A stretch of DNA of 63,956 nt, the filler included, from Octopus bimaculoides (lineage: Eukaryota): the NCBI RefSeq assembly GCF_001194135.2. It is 5 parts of 5 records of this genome, joined end to end, with 100 filler letters (N's around TTAATTAATTAA, not from the genome) between each part and the next. Parts side by side here need not be neighbours in the genome. Positions count along the whole stretch, not along the records: positions 49,924 to 62,700 come from NC_068988.1; positions 62,801 to 63,956 come from NC_068984.1; 3 more parts are not named here. One strand, written 5' to 3'. The notes under the pieces were generated by a model. That model was not told the origin of the DNA. It did not search any database and saw nothing but the letters and a program-made list of their open reading frames with translations. Shown in pieces: positions 50,831 to 63,956 of the stretch (its first letter is position 1; each line of letters opens with the position of its first letter). The position numbers and the translations under genes were made by a program.

Positions 50831-50929
50831 TCGTAACCGACAGAGTGCCAACCATATGTATGTACATATAGATATGTGTGTGCATGTATATATGCATGTA
50901 TATATAAATGTGTGTATATGTATATATAC

Positions 50930-51080
50930 ATAAGTCTCTGTTTATTTCCTTGTGTTCCTATGTGTTGAAGAGCGTAGGATTGAAATATAAACGACTTTCT
51001 CACTTTCCTGCTCATCAAACTAATACACCTGCTTGTTGTTGATACACCTGTTTTCGTCTTTTGTTTTTCTGTAAATTTCA
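50930..51080 (+). mobile_element. Solo Penelope-type pLTR, same family as 7480-7645
   Basis: gtgttgaagagcgtaggattgaaa...aaactaatacacctgcttgttgttg...gtaaatttc is colinear with the 7.5 kb copy. Confidence 0.55.
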
Positions 51081-51568
51081 GCTATATCTGTGTGTGGGCG
51101 TTTGTGCATGTATGTGAGTATGTGTGTGTCTGTGTGCACACGTGTGTGCGTGTGTGTGTGTGTATAAATTATACTTCATGTTTGAAGCTACAATGAAACT
51201 GAAAGGTGTTGTTCAGTCACTCAACTATTATTCCACCACATCTTACAGTGGCAACATCTACAAGCTAATGAAGGAGAGTGATTTATTCCTTTGTCATCTC
51301 TTTTCTCCTTACCATTCTGTACGTGACCAACACTCTGTTATAAAACATACACAAATTGAGTTCTACACCAGGTTATTAGTATCATAATGCCTAGTCAATA
51401 TACAATATATATATATAATTAATTGATAATAGGATGAATTCTTTTATAAGAATTTATCAAGTAGCTAGCGTGAAAAAAACCTCATAAGGGAAAAATCCAT
51501 CATTTATTCCCCAAAATATATTTATTTATATAAGGGCATTATTAGGCATTCATGTATAGTAATGCCCT

Positions 51569-51640
<72 letters not shown>

Positions 51641-52019
51641 TATATAACATACATATAATAGAGATGACCACTAAGTGGACATCCATTATGCTAGAAATAG
51701 ATTACCTATGATCTGATCACTAAGGAAAGATTGTTCTCAAGAAAATTCAGCAAACACCAGAACGTAAGCGAGCAAGACAAATGAAAATATACAAAATAAA
51801 GAATTAATCGTAGACCAGTTTCACTATTAACAAAAATTACTTACATAATATTCGTAGCTCATCAGTACGATCGTTCTTTTCAGATCATAGGTGATCTATT
51901 TCTAGCATAATGGATGTACACTTAGTGGTCATCCCTATTATGTGTATGCAATGTAATTTTTTCTGTTGCCCCCCACCCCATTGATCCACTAATGAGAATG
52001 ATAAACCTTCTCTCTTACA

Positions 52020-52370
52020 CTTATCATTAACATTGTAATCATCATTGTCCTCCTCCTCCTCCTCGTCGTTGTCGTCGTCATCGTTGTCGTTATCGTCGTC
52101 GTCATCATCATCATCATCATCATCATAAACATCATTATCATTGTTATCATCATTGTCTTCATTATCATGATCATCATCATCTTCGACATCATCGTTGTCA
52201 TCGTCATCATTGTCATCATCATCATCATCACCATCATCATCACAACCACCACCACCACCACCACCATCGTCGTTATCATCTTCAACATTGTTGCTGTGGT
52301 TGTCATTGTCATCATCATTTTTGTCATCTTTGTCACTATCATCTTCACCATCATCATCAGGTATCATCTT
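52020..52370. repeat. (ATC/GTC)n degenerate trinucleotide tract
   Basis: Seen directly. Confidence 0.95.
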
Positions 52371-53441
52371 CTCTAAGGAGACCGAATGCTGTGGATTGCA
52401 CTTACACTGCTATCCAAAATTGTACTTGGTGAAGTACCAATGCTTTCCATAGTGGCTTTCTGTAACATTTGGTCTGCTAGAAATAGTAAGAAAATTTTGA
52501 TCAAATTTACCCTACTATAATGAAAAAAAAAAAAGTTTAAAACATGACACAAACTATACATTGTTCTGAATGCACTGTGTCTTAAAACAAACGATGTGAA
52601 AATCCTGTATGGAAGGCCTTTGATCATGCCTGTCTGATCAAGGCTATCCTCTGGGTAAACAACTATGTTATCTATGGTTGATCAATTGACTGCACTTCTT
52701 GCACAGCTCTCTCTATGTTACAACCTTCCTCCGGTTTTACATTCTATCGCCGTTTCCTCCATTGACCACAGTCTTGTGGCCCTACATAAGATAAACATCT
52801 ATATTAAAACTGAAATATCATCTTTCGACTGGTCAGGGAATAAGCTGATTGTAATTCTGTGTATGAATAAATTTTTGCCTTTGGTTTTCTGATGTCTTAT
52901 TTACGATCTATCTGTGAAGTTTTCCAAACTTTTCTTCCTAAAATACTTTTACATGTTATTTTAACAAGGGTGCCTGGACTGACATGTCTGACTCCATTGA
53001 CAAAATAATATCAACAGCAACAAGAATAACAATAAAAATAATGATTATGGTAATTTCTTTTATTGCTGCAAGTTGCACCAAGAAACATTACATTAAAACA
53101 CAATCCAGAGCAATACAAAATATCATAATAGTTTATAAAATTGGTGGTAAGAGAAAAGAAATGAGCTAACATAAAACTTCTTGCACAAATGCAGACATAC
53201 AAAAATCAACATGTTAAATAAATAATCAAACAAATTGAGTCTCTTCAAGACAAAAATATTACGCAAAATATAAATATTACTAACATAAATAAAAAAACCC
53301 AAAAAACAAAAGAAAAAAAATCAAATGAAAAAAAAACACCAAAAAACAAACAAGCTAAAAACCTGCTAGATTATAATTTGTCATGTCAGTTGGTGTTGGA
53401 GTTTTCTTCAAATGTATTTTTCTTTTTATATGAAATTGTAG

Positions 53442-53481
53442 GAACCAATTTACAGAGGCCTCCTTTCGACCCTGGAAATTG
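53442..53481 (+). CDS. Candidate exon (40 nt, phase 0-1): EPIYRGLLSTLEI
   Basis: T-rich tract ending attgtAG; TTG|GTAAAT donor; the phase-1 end matches the next exon. Confidence 0.55.
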
Positions 53482-55258
53482 GTAAATGTGAACATCACAT
53501 GCCATTAAGCTATAAATTAGCAGTAAGAAGTGAACAAATGGTGAGGAGAACAAAAGAAACAGCAAGTCTTTTTTGAGCAGTGTTAAGTGCTTTCTAGTGT
53601 TGAACATGAAAAGTCTGCAGGATTGGTTGAAGAAACTCTTGAGAAATGGAGTTGGTTTTGAAATTATTAACAGCTATGCAATGTCTTAACATTTGCCAAT
53701 TCCAACATTAATACTTGTTAGTTTCATTTAATTGTGTACTTAAGTATGTACGCCAGTCTGAATGTGTATATAAGTATGGATATGTGTTGGTGTACATGAG
53801 TGTACTTGTATATTTGTGTGTTTGTGTGCATGGCTCTGTGTGTGTGTGTGTGTGCGTGTGTGTGTCTGCACACATGCTTGCACACTCATAGACAAGAACA
53901 CAATTTAGTTAAACCTCTTACAAGATGAGATGTCTGAGTGGTTAGTATTTAGGGCCAGTTTTATACTGCATTGCAAAAAGGAGAATTGAAACTTCTGGCT
54001 TTGATACTAGTTTATCAAAAATATGTTTACTAGACAATGAAATGAACTGAGATACATATATAGTGGCAACAGAAGGGTTCGAACCCATGAACTATAATCT
54101 TGCATCTCACATCAGCTGAAAATACTGTACATTGTTACTTTTATATGACACTCGATTCCTTAAAATCCTTAAACAGCAAATATTTTAAGCTTTCTATTTT
54201 TGTCTTAGTTTGTCTTCAGCTGGGAGCCTTTCTTTGTTAAACTGGACTAAGTGGATATCAAAAGATCTGGAAAATATTTCCTTTTTGCAAGTTGGATTTG
54301 AGAATACAACAACTTTCATCAAATCCTCCATAACTTTTTAAAAACTTACACCATTGAGAAATCTTGGTCATTACTTTGCTTCAATTATTCCTTTACATGA
54401 CATGGATTTTTGTTAATATTTTTTTTTGCGGGGTTTAGATAATAACTATGATGAAGAAAGGTTTTGCTTACATTTTCCTGTCCTACTTATAAATTGTATT
54501 TCCAAAGTGCATATCAGCTGGTTGCTTTCTTTGCCTGGAAACCCCAACTTTCTCAGACTGTCATTTAAACATTTAGTAATATAGCTAAGTGCACTAATAA
54601 TTATAGGTACAAATGTGAATTTCTCTAAAATGCAAGTAGTGAAACTATAGGTTCTGAAGTAGTTGTCAGTCACTAACTTTGAAAGGAATGCTCACAATTG
54701 CGGAACAGCTAACCTTTCTGATTGCACATATGTTTTCTTTCTGTTTGATGACTCCATATCAGACCAGTTAAGTTTATATTTGACAGAAGCTTTGATAGGT
54801 ATGTTCCATCAGTATTCCTTATGTTGAGTAATAATTATATACTCAGCAGCAGAAATGTTTTCTATGTTGATTTGAGGCGTTCTTTCCTACAGGCATCACT
54901 ACAAATGTAAAATCTTTGACAGAAATGTGACATCATCAACAATCTTGGCTGCATCTTTAGAGGCTGACAACCACTTAGCTTCTGTCAATGTAAATTTGTT
55001 ATTGAATGGGTTCTAAAGAATTCAACTGTGTAGAGGCCAATGATTCCCAGACAATTGGTTTTCTTTAGACATTGTTACTACAAGGATTAATACAATAATA
55101 GGAATCAACAGGAAATTAAACTAGTTTTTCTAGACAAAATCAAATAGCTACTTTATCTTGACAACAGTCCCCATAGCATTCACACACAAATATAGACTTA
55201 TATATATATATATATATCTTTGTGCATGCATGTGTGCATGTATATGTGGATAAATATA

Positions 55259-56503
55259 TATGTGGTCTGATCAATAAGTATCTGGACTGTGGCGATAGTA
55301 AAAAAAAAAAGGAGCACTCCGTCAGTTACGATGACAAGGGTCCCAACTGATACGATCAATGGAACAGCTTGCTCGTGAAATTAACGTGCAAGTGACTGAG
55401 CAATCCACAGGCATGTGTACCCCTAACATATTTCTCAGGGAGACTCAGTGTGACACATAGCATGACAAGGCTGGCCCTTTGAAATACAGGTACTACTCAT
55501 TTTTGCCAGCTGAGTGGACTGGGGCAATGTGGAATAAAATTTCTTGCTCAAGGACACAACATGTCGCCGGGAATCGAACTCACGACCTTACGATCGTGAG
55601 CCAAATGCCCTAAGCACTAAGCCACATGCCTTCACATGTGGCAATAGCAACGAAGCTAAAGCATGGAGAGTGAAGCCACTTAACACAGATTAACCTTGAA
55701 CTCTGTTGCGCGTGTGCACTAAGTTTCAATGTTCTAGCTCACTTCAGCTGTTTACAGCAGTGCTTTGAAGGAAGGTGTGTAGTTTGTGATTGACGAATTG
55801 ATCATGTCAGAGAAAGCTGAGCAGAGAATCTGCATCAAACTTACCAAAAGCTTGGCGATACCTGCTGAGAGGCTGTGCAAAGTTTTCGAAAAGTGTTCAT
55901 CATTCTCGACACCATCAAGGAGATCTTATGCAACTGAAACCTGCATGTCTTTTTGGTCAGCTGGAAGCAGTTTTGGCACAAACTTTGCTGACATGTGTCT
56001 CATAACCAAATCTTCATTGATAATGGACTGAATTGAACTATAACCAAGCTGCACTTTTTCTGATAATTCATGGATAGGATTCGACAATTTCCTCTCACAG
56101 CTGCATGCACATCTGTGATGTTTTTTCAGTTCTGCTGGTTGTAGGTCACCCAGAATGTTCGTCAATATTAACATTTTTTTCGGCCATCTTGGAAACATCC
56201 GAACCTTTCATACACTTGTGTGTGGCTCGTACACTCCTCTCCATTCACTCTCTGCAACTTTGTGTAGGCCTCTGAGCAGGTATCGCCATGACAACTTTCT
56301 CTGTCATGGTCAATGTGATGATCACAGGCTACACACCTTCCTTCCAACTATTGCTCTAAACAGAAGAAGTGAGCTAGAATGTTAAAACTTAGTGTGCATG
56401 AACAGCAGCGTTCAAGGTCAATCTGTGTCATGCAGCTTCACTCTGCATGCTTTGACTTCATTACTATGGCAACAGTTCAGATACTTATTAATCAGACTTC
56501 GTA
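55259..56503. mobile_element. Fold-back mariner derivative (two inward-facing 5' ends) with nested SINE
   Basis: TIR tatgtggtctgatcaataagtatctggactgtggcgatagtaa matches the reverse complement of 56461-56503; + arm MSEKAEQRICIK; - arm EAYTKLQRV...MRHMSAKFVPKLL; TA at both ends. Confidence 0.85.
55311..55636 (-). mobile_element. tRNA-derived SINE inserted in a mariner arm with 14 bp TSD
   Basis: tgtggcgatagtaa 55288-55301 and tgtggcaatagcaa 55637-55650 flank it. Confidence 0.8.
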
Positions 56504-56773
56504 TGTCTATGTAAACGCATACATACACACATTCACACACACACTTACACACATGCATATATACATACATGCACGTACATATAAATGTTTTAACATTTGC
56601 TTTTCCATATCAGATAGAATTCAATGAGGCAGGCTTTTTTGAACAAACAGATGCCCTTCCTGTCAGAAGATCCAATGTAAGGAATCTGTAGGAGAAGAAA
56701 TGTAATGTATGTGTATGTGTGTGTATGCTTGTGTGTGTGAGTGTGTTTGTGTGTGTAGGTGTTTGTGTGTATA

Positions 56774-56806
<33 letters not shown>

Positions 56807-57814
56807 ACATATGTGAGTGTGGGGATTTGTGTATACCCTTGTCTTGACATCATGATTGTTAATGAATATTATCGTCAAACAATCAACGTTGTTTGCTTCC
56901 AGTTTTCCATGGAAAAACATGTCTAGCCATGGAGAAATATCAACTTGCCTGAAAACAAATGAGGGTTGGCAACAGGAAGAACATCTGGTTGTACAAAATC
57001 TGTCTCAAGAAATTGAGTCTGACCCACATAAGCATGGAAAAGGGAACATTAAATGATGACAAAATGAGGAGGAAGAGGGAAATGATGATCATTATGATGA
57101 TGATGATGATCATCATCATGGTGATTCAGTCTAGGCAGGTTTGGCCACTACTCTCTTCCTCAGACTACCTTATCTATTTCTAAATTATCTCCCCCTGAAT
57201 TGATGAATCAGTCACCCCCTTCTATAGCTTTCAGTCTCAATTATTTAGTTCTTCTGTCTACAGTTTCACATAATTTCTAATGTTTCCTCATTCTGTATAC
57301 ATTCTTTTCAACTAATTAATCAACTTTCTCGTTTTGTCTAAGGGCATATAAAATCTATGCTTGTCACTTTTCTCATGTGATGCTTTGTATACAATCATTG
57401 ATCTTTAAGTCTTGCTATCCAACTGGCTTCCTCCACCCACACACATGCTATCAATTTTATATTTCTCCATAACAGATCAAACAAAGAATGATCCATGTGT
57501 TAATGGTCAGGTTCTTATTTCTTCTACTTCACTTAGATTTTAACACAAATGCCAGTCTTATTTCACAATATTTCTATAACACTAATTCTGTTTATCGTTA
57601 TCAAATCTAAGTTTTTATATAATTTTCTGTATAAATGAGTTCATAATCAATTAATTGTAGTCCATTATCTTCTACTACTTTACCTCCTGCATTTTCTATA
57701 TACCATATTTATAATCTTATAATGCACTTCAGGATTTTTACTAAAATCATGTACTGCTTAGACTAAGATATTTCTTATGATCTCAAGAGTGACATTTTAA
57801 TTGTTTTCTTTCAG

Positions 57815-57885
57815 CGTATAACCAGATGCACATCTATGTGTCTTGGTTATATCAAAGATTATCTTATGGCTCTATATTTCCTATA
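57815..57885 (+). CDS. Candidate exon (71 nt, phase 1-0): (A)YNQMHIYVSWLYQRLSYGSIFPI
   Basis: ttgttttctttcAG acceptor; ATA|GTATTA donor; open when entered in phase 1 from exon 53442-53481. Confidence 0.55.
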
Positions 57886-58462
57886 GTATTAACATTATTC
57901 TACTTTTGTGTGCAGTGTCTAGTTGTGATATATATCATTTATTGTTTTCTGTAAAAGTCCTGTGATTGTAGTAAGGTATTTATCTGCATCTTATTTAATC
58001 ATCTAGAAGATGTCTTTTATTATGGGAACTGTTTTGCTTTCATTCTCCATTTTCTAGTTTGTTTTCAACTTACTTTTCACATAAAGATAATTTCTCCATT
58101 CCTTTTAAGGATGTATTAACTTCTGTAAGGACTGTTATGTCAGCAATATCCAGCCAGTTTCTTTTGGTATTTCGTAATGATGGTATAACTTACAATGTTA
58201 TAACTGTGGCTGTTGTTGTTTTTCCCATCACTGGAATTGACATCATTGTCATTCCTGTCATCGTCATATTTGCCATCACTCCCATTGCTGTCATCACCAT
58301 CATACTGTCATCATCATCATCATATATTTACAAAAAGGAAAACAATGTCAGTTTACCATCACAAAATTAAGACTGGAATCAATTTATGCTAGAATGATGA
58401 CAACTTAGAAAATGTCAAATGCCAGTTAATGTTATAGACACACACACACACACACACACACC

Positions 58463-58498
<36 letters not shown>

Positions 58499-60599
58499 TA
58501 AACTCTCTGTCTTTCTCTTCTCTATTGGTCTGTTGCACTCTCTTTTGTGTTCATATATGTGCAAACAAGTACAGAGATTAATACAATTAAAAAAAGCATT
58601 CCAGGTGAAATTACGTTAATTTTGCTACAATTTATTTCAATAAAAGTTTCAATTTATTCCTTGTGTTTCAGCAAATGCCACAGAATTTTTTTTTCCCCCA
58701 TTTCCGTCAAAGAGAAAATAATGCCTGCAAGCTGTTTGTGTGAATCATTTGGTTATATCTTGAAAATGTGTCTGCAGAGTATTTAATCATGTAGTTAGTT
58801 ATTTTGGTATTATAGTTAAAAAAGAGAAAGTACTTGGATGTTGGAATAAACTGACATACAATCTGTGTGTGTGTCTCCATGCATGTATGTGTGTCTCCAT
58901 ACATCTTCAGTGAGTTTGATATACTTCATAAGGAACTTAATTTCATTGCTGCAGTTGTTATAGCTGTTCCATTAGAAGTTCCATGCTGTGATTCAACTTT
59001 CAGATATTCAGCAACTTTCCTGAGATTTTTTTTTCTCCTAAATTCTGTCTATTTACATAAGTGTAGATGTGCAGTGGAAGCAATGTGGATTGCCTTTGAA
59101 ATCTGAGCATATTTTTGTGACTTCTGGATCAATCCAATTGTAATTGTCATTTAGCAAGGAACAAAACCTAGAGCATGGTTGTACCAGTGTGCTCCTTGCT
59201 TTCCATGGTAAGTTTTCTTCCTTCTTCATTGTTTATAACCTGGTCTGGATCTCGTGGTGGGTAGCAGCCTTGTAGTATTTGAAACCGGTGCCTTCATTTC
59301 ATATCCTTAACCAGGGAAGAGTGAAGATTTTTTTTTATTGTCATCTTTTAATTTTTCATTATTTGATCAATTTCTAAAGTACATGGGATTTTTGTTAAAT
59401 TTTGTAAATAGTTAATGTTATTTTTTATTTGGTGTGTGAATCTATAATTAAGCAGTGAATTAAGAAGTGTGATGCCAAAAAGTATAATAGTACCATCTAC
59501 ATCATAAGACAAACCAACTGAAATATACTTTCAGTATTTTTGTCTCATGATGTAGGCAGTCTTCAGCTGCTATTCTGTAGTAGCTTGAAGAGATACATTT
59601 GGCACAATGTCCATTCTCTTTCATTGTAAGCCTGTCATTTATGTATTATACATGCATAATTGAAAACTGTGTGACTAATTGTTTTATAGGTTGTTATAAT
59701 TTTTTTATTTCTTTATTGTCCACAGGGGGGCTAAACTTATAGGGGACAAACAAGGACAGACGAAGGGATTAAGTCGGTTACATTGACCCAGTGTGTAACT
59801 AGTACTTATTTAATTGACACCGAAAGGAAGAAGTCACTGGCAAAAATGGTCAAGTGATATACTAGATGAACTGTAATATTTAGTTCTGAGTTCAAATCAC
59901 AATGTGATAAAATTTGCCTTCGTCACTTAGATTTTCATAACATTCTCTTCACTGCTGAAAATTTACTACCTTTCATCAATTGTATAATCATTGATTTCAA
60001 ATTTTGGCATAGGGCTAGCAAGCTCAGGAGAGGGGGTAAGTTGATGAGACCGACCCAAGTACTCAACTGGTACTTATTTTATTGACCCTGAAAGGATGAA
60101 AAGCATAGCTGACCTTGGCAGAATTTAAACTCAGAGCATAAGACAGATGAAAATGCTGTTAATCATTTTGTCCACTGGGCTAACAATTCTGCCAACTCAC
60201 CACCTTTATCAATTGTATTCTAACTGTCAATTGTATTAGCAATTTGTTGGAGACAAGGCTTTTGGATTTGTATGGTAAATAATGGTTGTTTTTAGTTTAC
60301 TGTTTAAGCTGTTGTCATATATTGTTTTTTAAGATCAAGCTATTTTCTATAAGAAAATATTGCAAGTAAGGGAAATCAATCATCTCAACCAATGGAGTAT
60401 ATTAACTTTGAGAAGAAATTGCAACTGACTTGGGAAACTGGAGGTTTACTATATAGCTGTGGTTGTTATAAATTTCAAAGTCACAAAAAAAAAGAAATGA
60501 GATAACATGAAATATGCAACTTGGGTAAAAAAAAAGTAGAGTAAATAACATCTTCAAACAAAATGGTAATGTTAAGTGCCACGCCATGATTACAAGCTC

Positions 60600-60906
60600 T
60601 ACTCCATCGTCACTATAATGGTCCTTACCATTGTCATCATCATAGCCATTGCGATTGTTGGTGCTGCTACCGTTGATGTCCCCAATGTTGGTGGCAGTGG
60701 TGGTGGTGGTGATGGTGGTGGTGGTGGTGGTGGCAATGGCATGGTGGTAGGGTGTGTAGTTGTCATTGTCATCGTTGCTAATGGTGTCCACGAAAGTGTT
60801 GGCATCACTGGCGTTATCGGTGTCATCACCATTGTTGTCAACATTACTACAAACATCATAGTAATCAGCATTGTTGTTGTCATCACCATCGTCATCGTCG
60901 TCGTCG

Positions 60907-60986
<80 letters not shown>

Positions 60987-60990
60987 TTAT
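60600..60990. repeat. (GTG/ATC)n degenerate trinucleotide tract
   Basis: Seen directly. Confidence 0.95.
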
Positions 60991-61259
60991 TAACCTGATT
61001 TTTTTTGTATTTTCTGAATAAAAAATGTAATAAAGAATATCATAATATAAAAGAGGTTCTCTTCATAATAAATAATAAAATCATTTTTAAAATGAAAAAA
61101 AGAAAATTTGATAAAATTCAAAAGTAAAGAAACATATTAAGAGAAACAAAAACTTGTTCATTTTACTACCTCAGTGTAATATTTATTGTCAAGATGAGCA
61201 AATAATTTTACCATATTTCCATATCTGCTCTATTATTGCAGCTATTTTCTATAGCTTAT

Positions 61260-61447
61260 TTGTATATTTCTGTATTGTTTAACCCCTGGTATTGCTTATT
61301 GTATATTTCTGTCTTGTTTAACCCCTGGTATTGCTTATTGTATATTTCTGTATTGTTTAACCCCTGGTATTGCTTATTGTATATTTCTGTAGTGTTTAAC
61401 CCCTGGTATTGTTCATTGTATATTTCTGTATTGTTTAACCCCTGCTT
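61260..61447. repeat. 39 bp minisatellite, about 4.8 copies
   Basis: Unit ttgtatatttctgtattgtttaacccctggtattgctta. Confidence 0.95.
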
Positions 61448-62187
61448 TAGTAGCTTGCTACTCTTGTGAGGATGATATTTGGACACCCTGCAGAACTGAA
61501 AAACATGATTCGTCAAAGGGCAGATGAGCTCCTTGTGGGTGAAAAGCCATTTAGTTGAGAAAAGCAGTGGCAAACCACCATAATATCTCTGTTAAGAAAT
61601 CACTGTGAGAAAGTTCAGAACAAAGTAATGCTATGGTTTCATCTGATGGAATAACTTGTGCTTATATGGGAAAACTTTTGTTGTAATATCTTCACAACAG
61701 GCTGCAAAAGCATACAACAATACATGATGACAAAGATATAGTTTAGTCAAAAGGATGGGGGAGTAGCTATGACATTCATGGGTCCTTTTAGACTCCTGAG
61801 CTTGATTTGGTTGAACATACTCCTATTTGTTACTCGTTTCTAAAGCACCACAGAGAGCGAGAGAGAGAGAGAGAGTGAGAGAGAGTAATGAGGGAGAATT
61901 GAATTTATACCAAAGGCTTTCAGACTTTTGCTACTCTGAGTCTCCATTCATGGAATTATGTTTCAAAAATGCTTATGCTAGTATATTTCCAATTCCATTC
62001 CCTAACTGCCCAGACAAAACAACACAGCAGATTTGTTCGTTTGTTTGCATGTCCATTTTTCCATGCTAGTATGGGTTAGATGAATAGATTATCTTAGTCA
62101 ACGTCAGTCTAATATTGCTTAATTATTTATCCATATTTTCTCATGCTATTCCTTCGATCATAGGCCTCTCTTTATATATTTGTATAG

Positions 62188-62253
62188 AGCAGTGCCCCAT
62201 ACGTTAAATTTTTCTGGGAATTACAAGAGGAAATGAAGACTTATATTATGAAA
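62188..62253 (+). CDS. Candidate exon (66 nt, phase 0-0): SSAPYVKFFWELQEEMKTYIMK
   Basis: cctctctttatatatttgtatAG acceptor; AAA|GTATAT donor; complex peptide. Confidence 0.55.
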
Positions 62254-62800
62254 GTATATTGGAGCTGGTGTATCATTAATCATATTTTATACTTACTGAT
62301 AACATAATAACTATTCAAATATTTTCATCCTAAGCAAGATATTTAGGAAAATGGGAATCCTACTGGGCACCACTTTGGGTAAGTGTCTTCTGCTGTAGCT
62401 TGTATGGTAAAAGGAAACTGAAAGAATCCTATAATCATCAAAATCATCATCATCATCGTTGTCATCATCATCATTGTCATCATCATCATTGTCGTCGTCG
62501 TCATCATCATCATCAACATCATTTAATGTCCATTTTCCATGTTAGCATGGGTTGGAGAGTTTAACAGGAGCTGGCAAGTAAGCGAACTGTCTGTATTGAC
62601 ATAGTTTTTACAGCTGGATGCTCTTCTTAATGCCAACCATTTTGCAGAGGAGTGGATACATTTTATATGACACCAGCACCATCATATATATATATATATA
62701 NNNNNNNNNNNNNNNNNNNNNNNNNNNNNNNNNNNNNNNNNNNNTTAATTAATTAANNNNNNNNNNNNNNNNNNNNNNNNNNNNNNNNNNNNNNNNNNNN

Positions 62801-62838
<38 letters not shown>

Positions 62839-63264
62839 TGTATGTGTGTGCTTATGCATGTGTGTATGGGTGTATGTGTGGGAGTGATTTTCGTGTGTGT
62901 GTGTGTGTGTGTGTAAGATGTGTGAGTCTATGTGCATGTGTGTATTTACATGTGAAAGGGGGTTGGAATTTCTTTTGAACACGTGAAACGTGTCGATATG
63001 TCTGCGTGCATGTTTGTGTGTATGTATATGCGTGTATGTGTGTGTGTGTGTGTGTGTTCGTGCATGTGTGTTCGTGTGTGTATGTGTGGATATCTGCATG
63101 CTTATGTGTGAGAATGTGCAGCGTATGAATGTGCAAATGTATATGAGTGCATACACTTAATATGTTTATGTATGCAAAGAAATTCCTTGTGTGTTCATAC
63201 GTTGTGTTTCTGTGTGCATGCATATGTGCATATGTGTGTGTGTGTTTGAGTGCATGTGTATGTG

Positions 63265-63670
63265 CATGGTGACAGTTGATGATGTTGTTGATGGTGGTGG
63301 AAGGGGGGGTTGTGATGATAGCACTGGTTATGGTAGCGGTACTGATTGTGGTAGAGATGCCAGTTGTGCTGGCAATGTTGGTTGTGGTGGTGGTGCAGGT
63401 TGTAGTGTCTTGGTTGTAGTGGTGGTGGTGGTGGTGGTGGTGGTAGTGGTGGTGGTGGTAGTTGTGGTGGTCGTACCTGTTGTGGTGGGGGTGCTGATTA
63501 TGGTGATGATACTGGTTGGTCTGGTGGTAGTGGTGCAGGCTGTAGTGGTCTTGGTTGTGGTGATGGTGATTGTAGTAGTGGTGGTAGTGGTGCTGGTGGT
63601 GCAGATTGTAGTAGTTGTGGTGGTGGTGCTGGTGGTGGTGCTGGTCATTGAGGTGCTGGCGGTAGCAGCA
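63265..63670. repeat. (GTG/GTA/GTT)n degenerate trinucleotide tract
   Basis: Seen directly. Confidence 0.95.
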
Positions 63671-63769
63671 TCCAGAGTATATGTGAGGATGGCCCATTGT
63701 TGGGGATGACTATGAAAGTTACAAGATAATTAAAATAGGTAAAAATGGAAAGTTATTATTACTATGTAC

Positions 63770-63935
63770 AGGCACAGGTGTGGCTGTGTGTAAGAAGTTT
63801 ACTTCCCAATCACATGGTTCTGGGTTCAGTCTCACTGTGTGGCACCTTGGACAAGTATCTTTTACAATAGCCCCAAACTGACTAAAACCTTTTGAGTGGA
63901 TTTGGTAGACGGAAACTGAAAGAAGCCCACTATAT
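63770..63935 (+). mobile_element. SINE family A, 5' half
   Basis: aggcacaggtgtggctgtgtgtaag...gaaagaagccc. Confidence 0.8.
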
Positions 63936-63956
63936 ATATATATATATATATATATA

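Noticed and set aside
51885-52367. 160 aa Asp-rich ORF suggesting an acidic biomineralisation protein
   Set aside because: It is the translation of an (ATC/GTC)n tract that is open in several frames, with no signal peptide or convincing splice context
61260-61447. CRISPR-like array
   Set aside because: Head-to-tail tandem units with no unique spacers, no cas genes and a eukaryotic context
62852-63697. 281 aa His-rich ORF suggesting a cephalopod His-rich beak protein
   Set aside because: Derived from (CAC/CA)n microsatellites; lacks Gly/Ala-rich GHG-type repeats; alternative frames are equally open

Overview
This is AT-rich, repeat-saturated eukaryotic (metazoan) genomic DNA from a gapped draft assembly. 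The SINE/LINE families and microsatellite load look to me like octopus/coleoid cephalopod, which is an inference from recalled repeat families. No rRNA, true tRNA gene, CRISPR array or prokaryotic feature is supportable, and nearly all ORFs in the supplied track are microsatellite or N-gap read-throughs. Supported content: (1) six to eight very short, phase-compatible candidate exons of one unidentified + strand host gene spread over about 62 kb, so most of the window is probably intron; (2) several tRNA-derived SINE families; (3) RTE, CR1-like and R4/Dong-like LINE remnants; (4) mariner, Helitron and MITE remnants; (5) two Penelope-like retroelements with GIY-YIG endonuclease remnants and hammerhead-ribozyme-bearing terminal repeats. 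The most unusual locus is 28.6-31.05 kb. There, a Naiad-type-looking Penelope element has its GIY-YIG nuclease split by an Asn/Ser/Thr-rich insert of about 190 codons. It is followed by three type I hammerhead copies arranged as a ~920 bp degenerate palindrome plus a tandem copy. All coordinates were read by eye; repeat boundaries are approximate.
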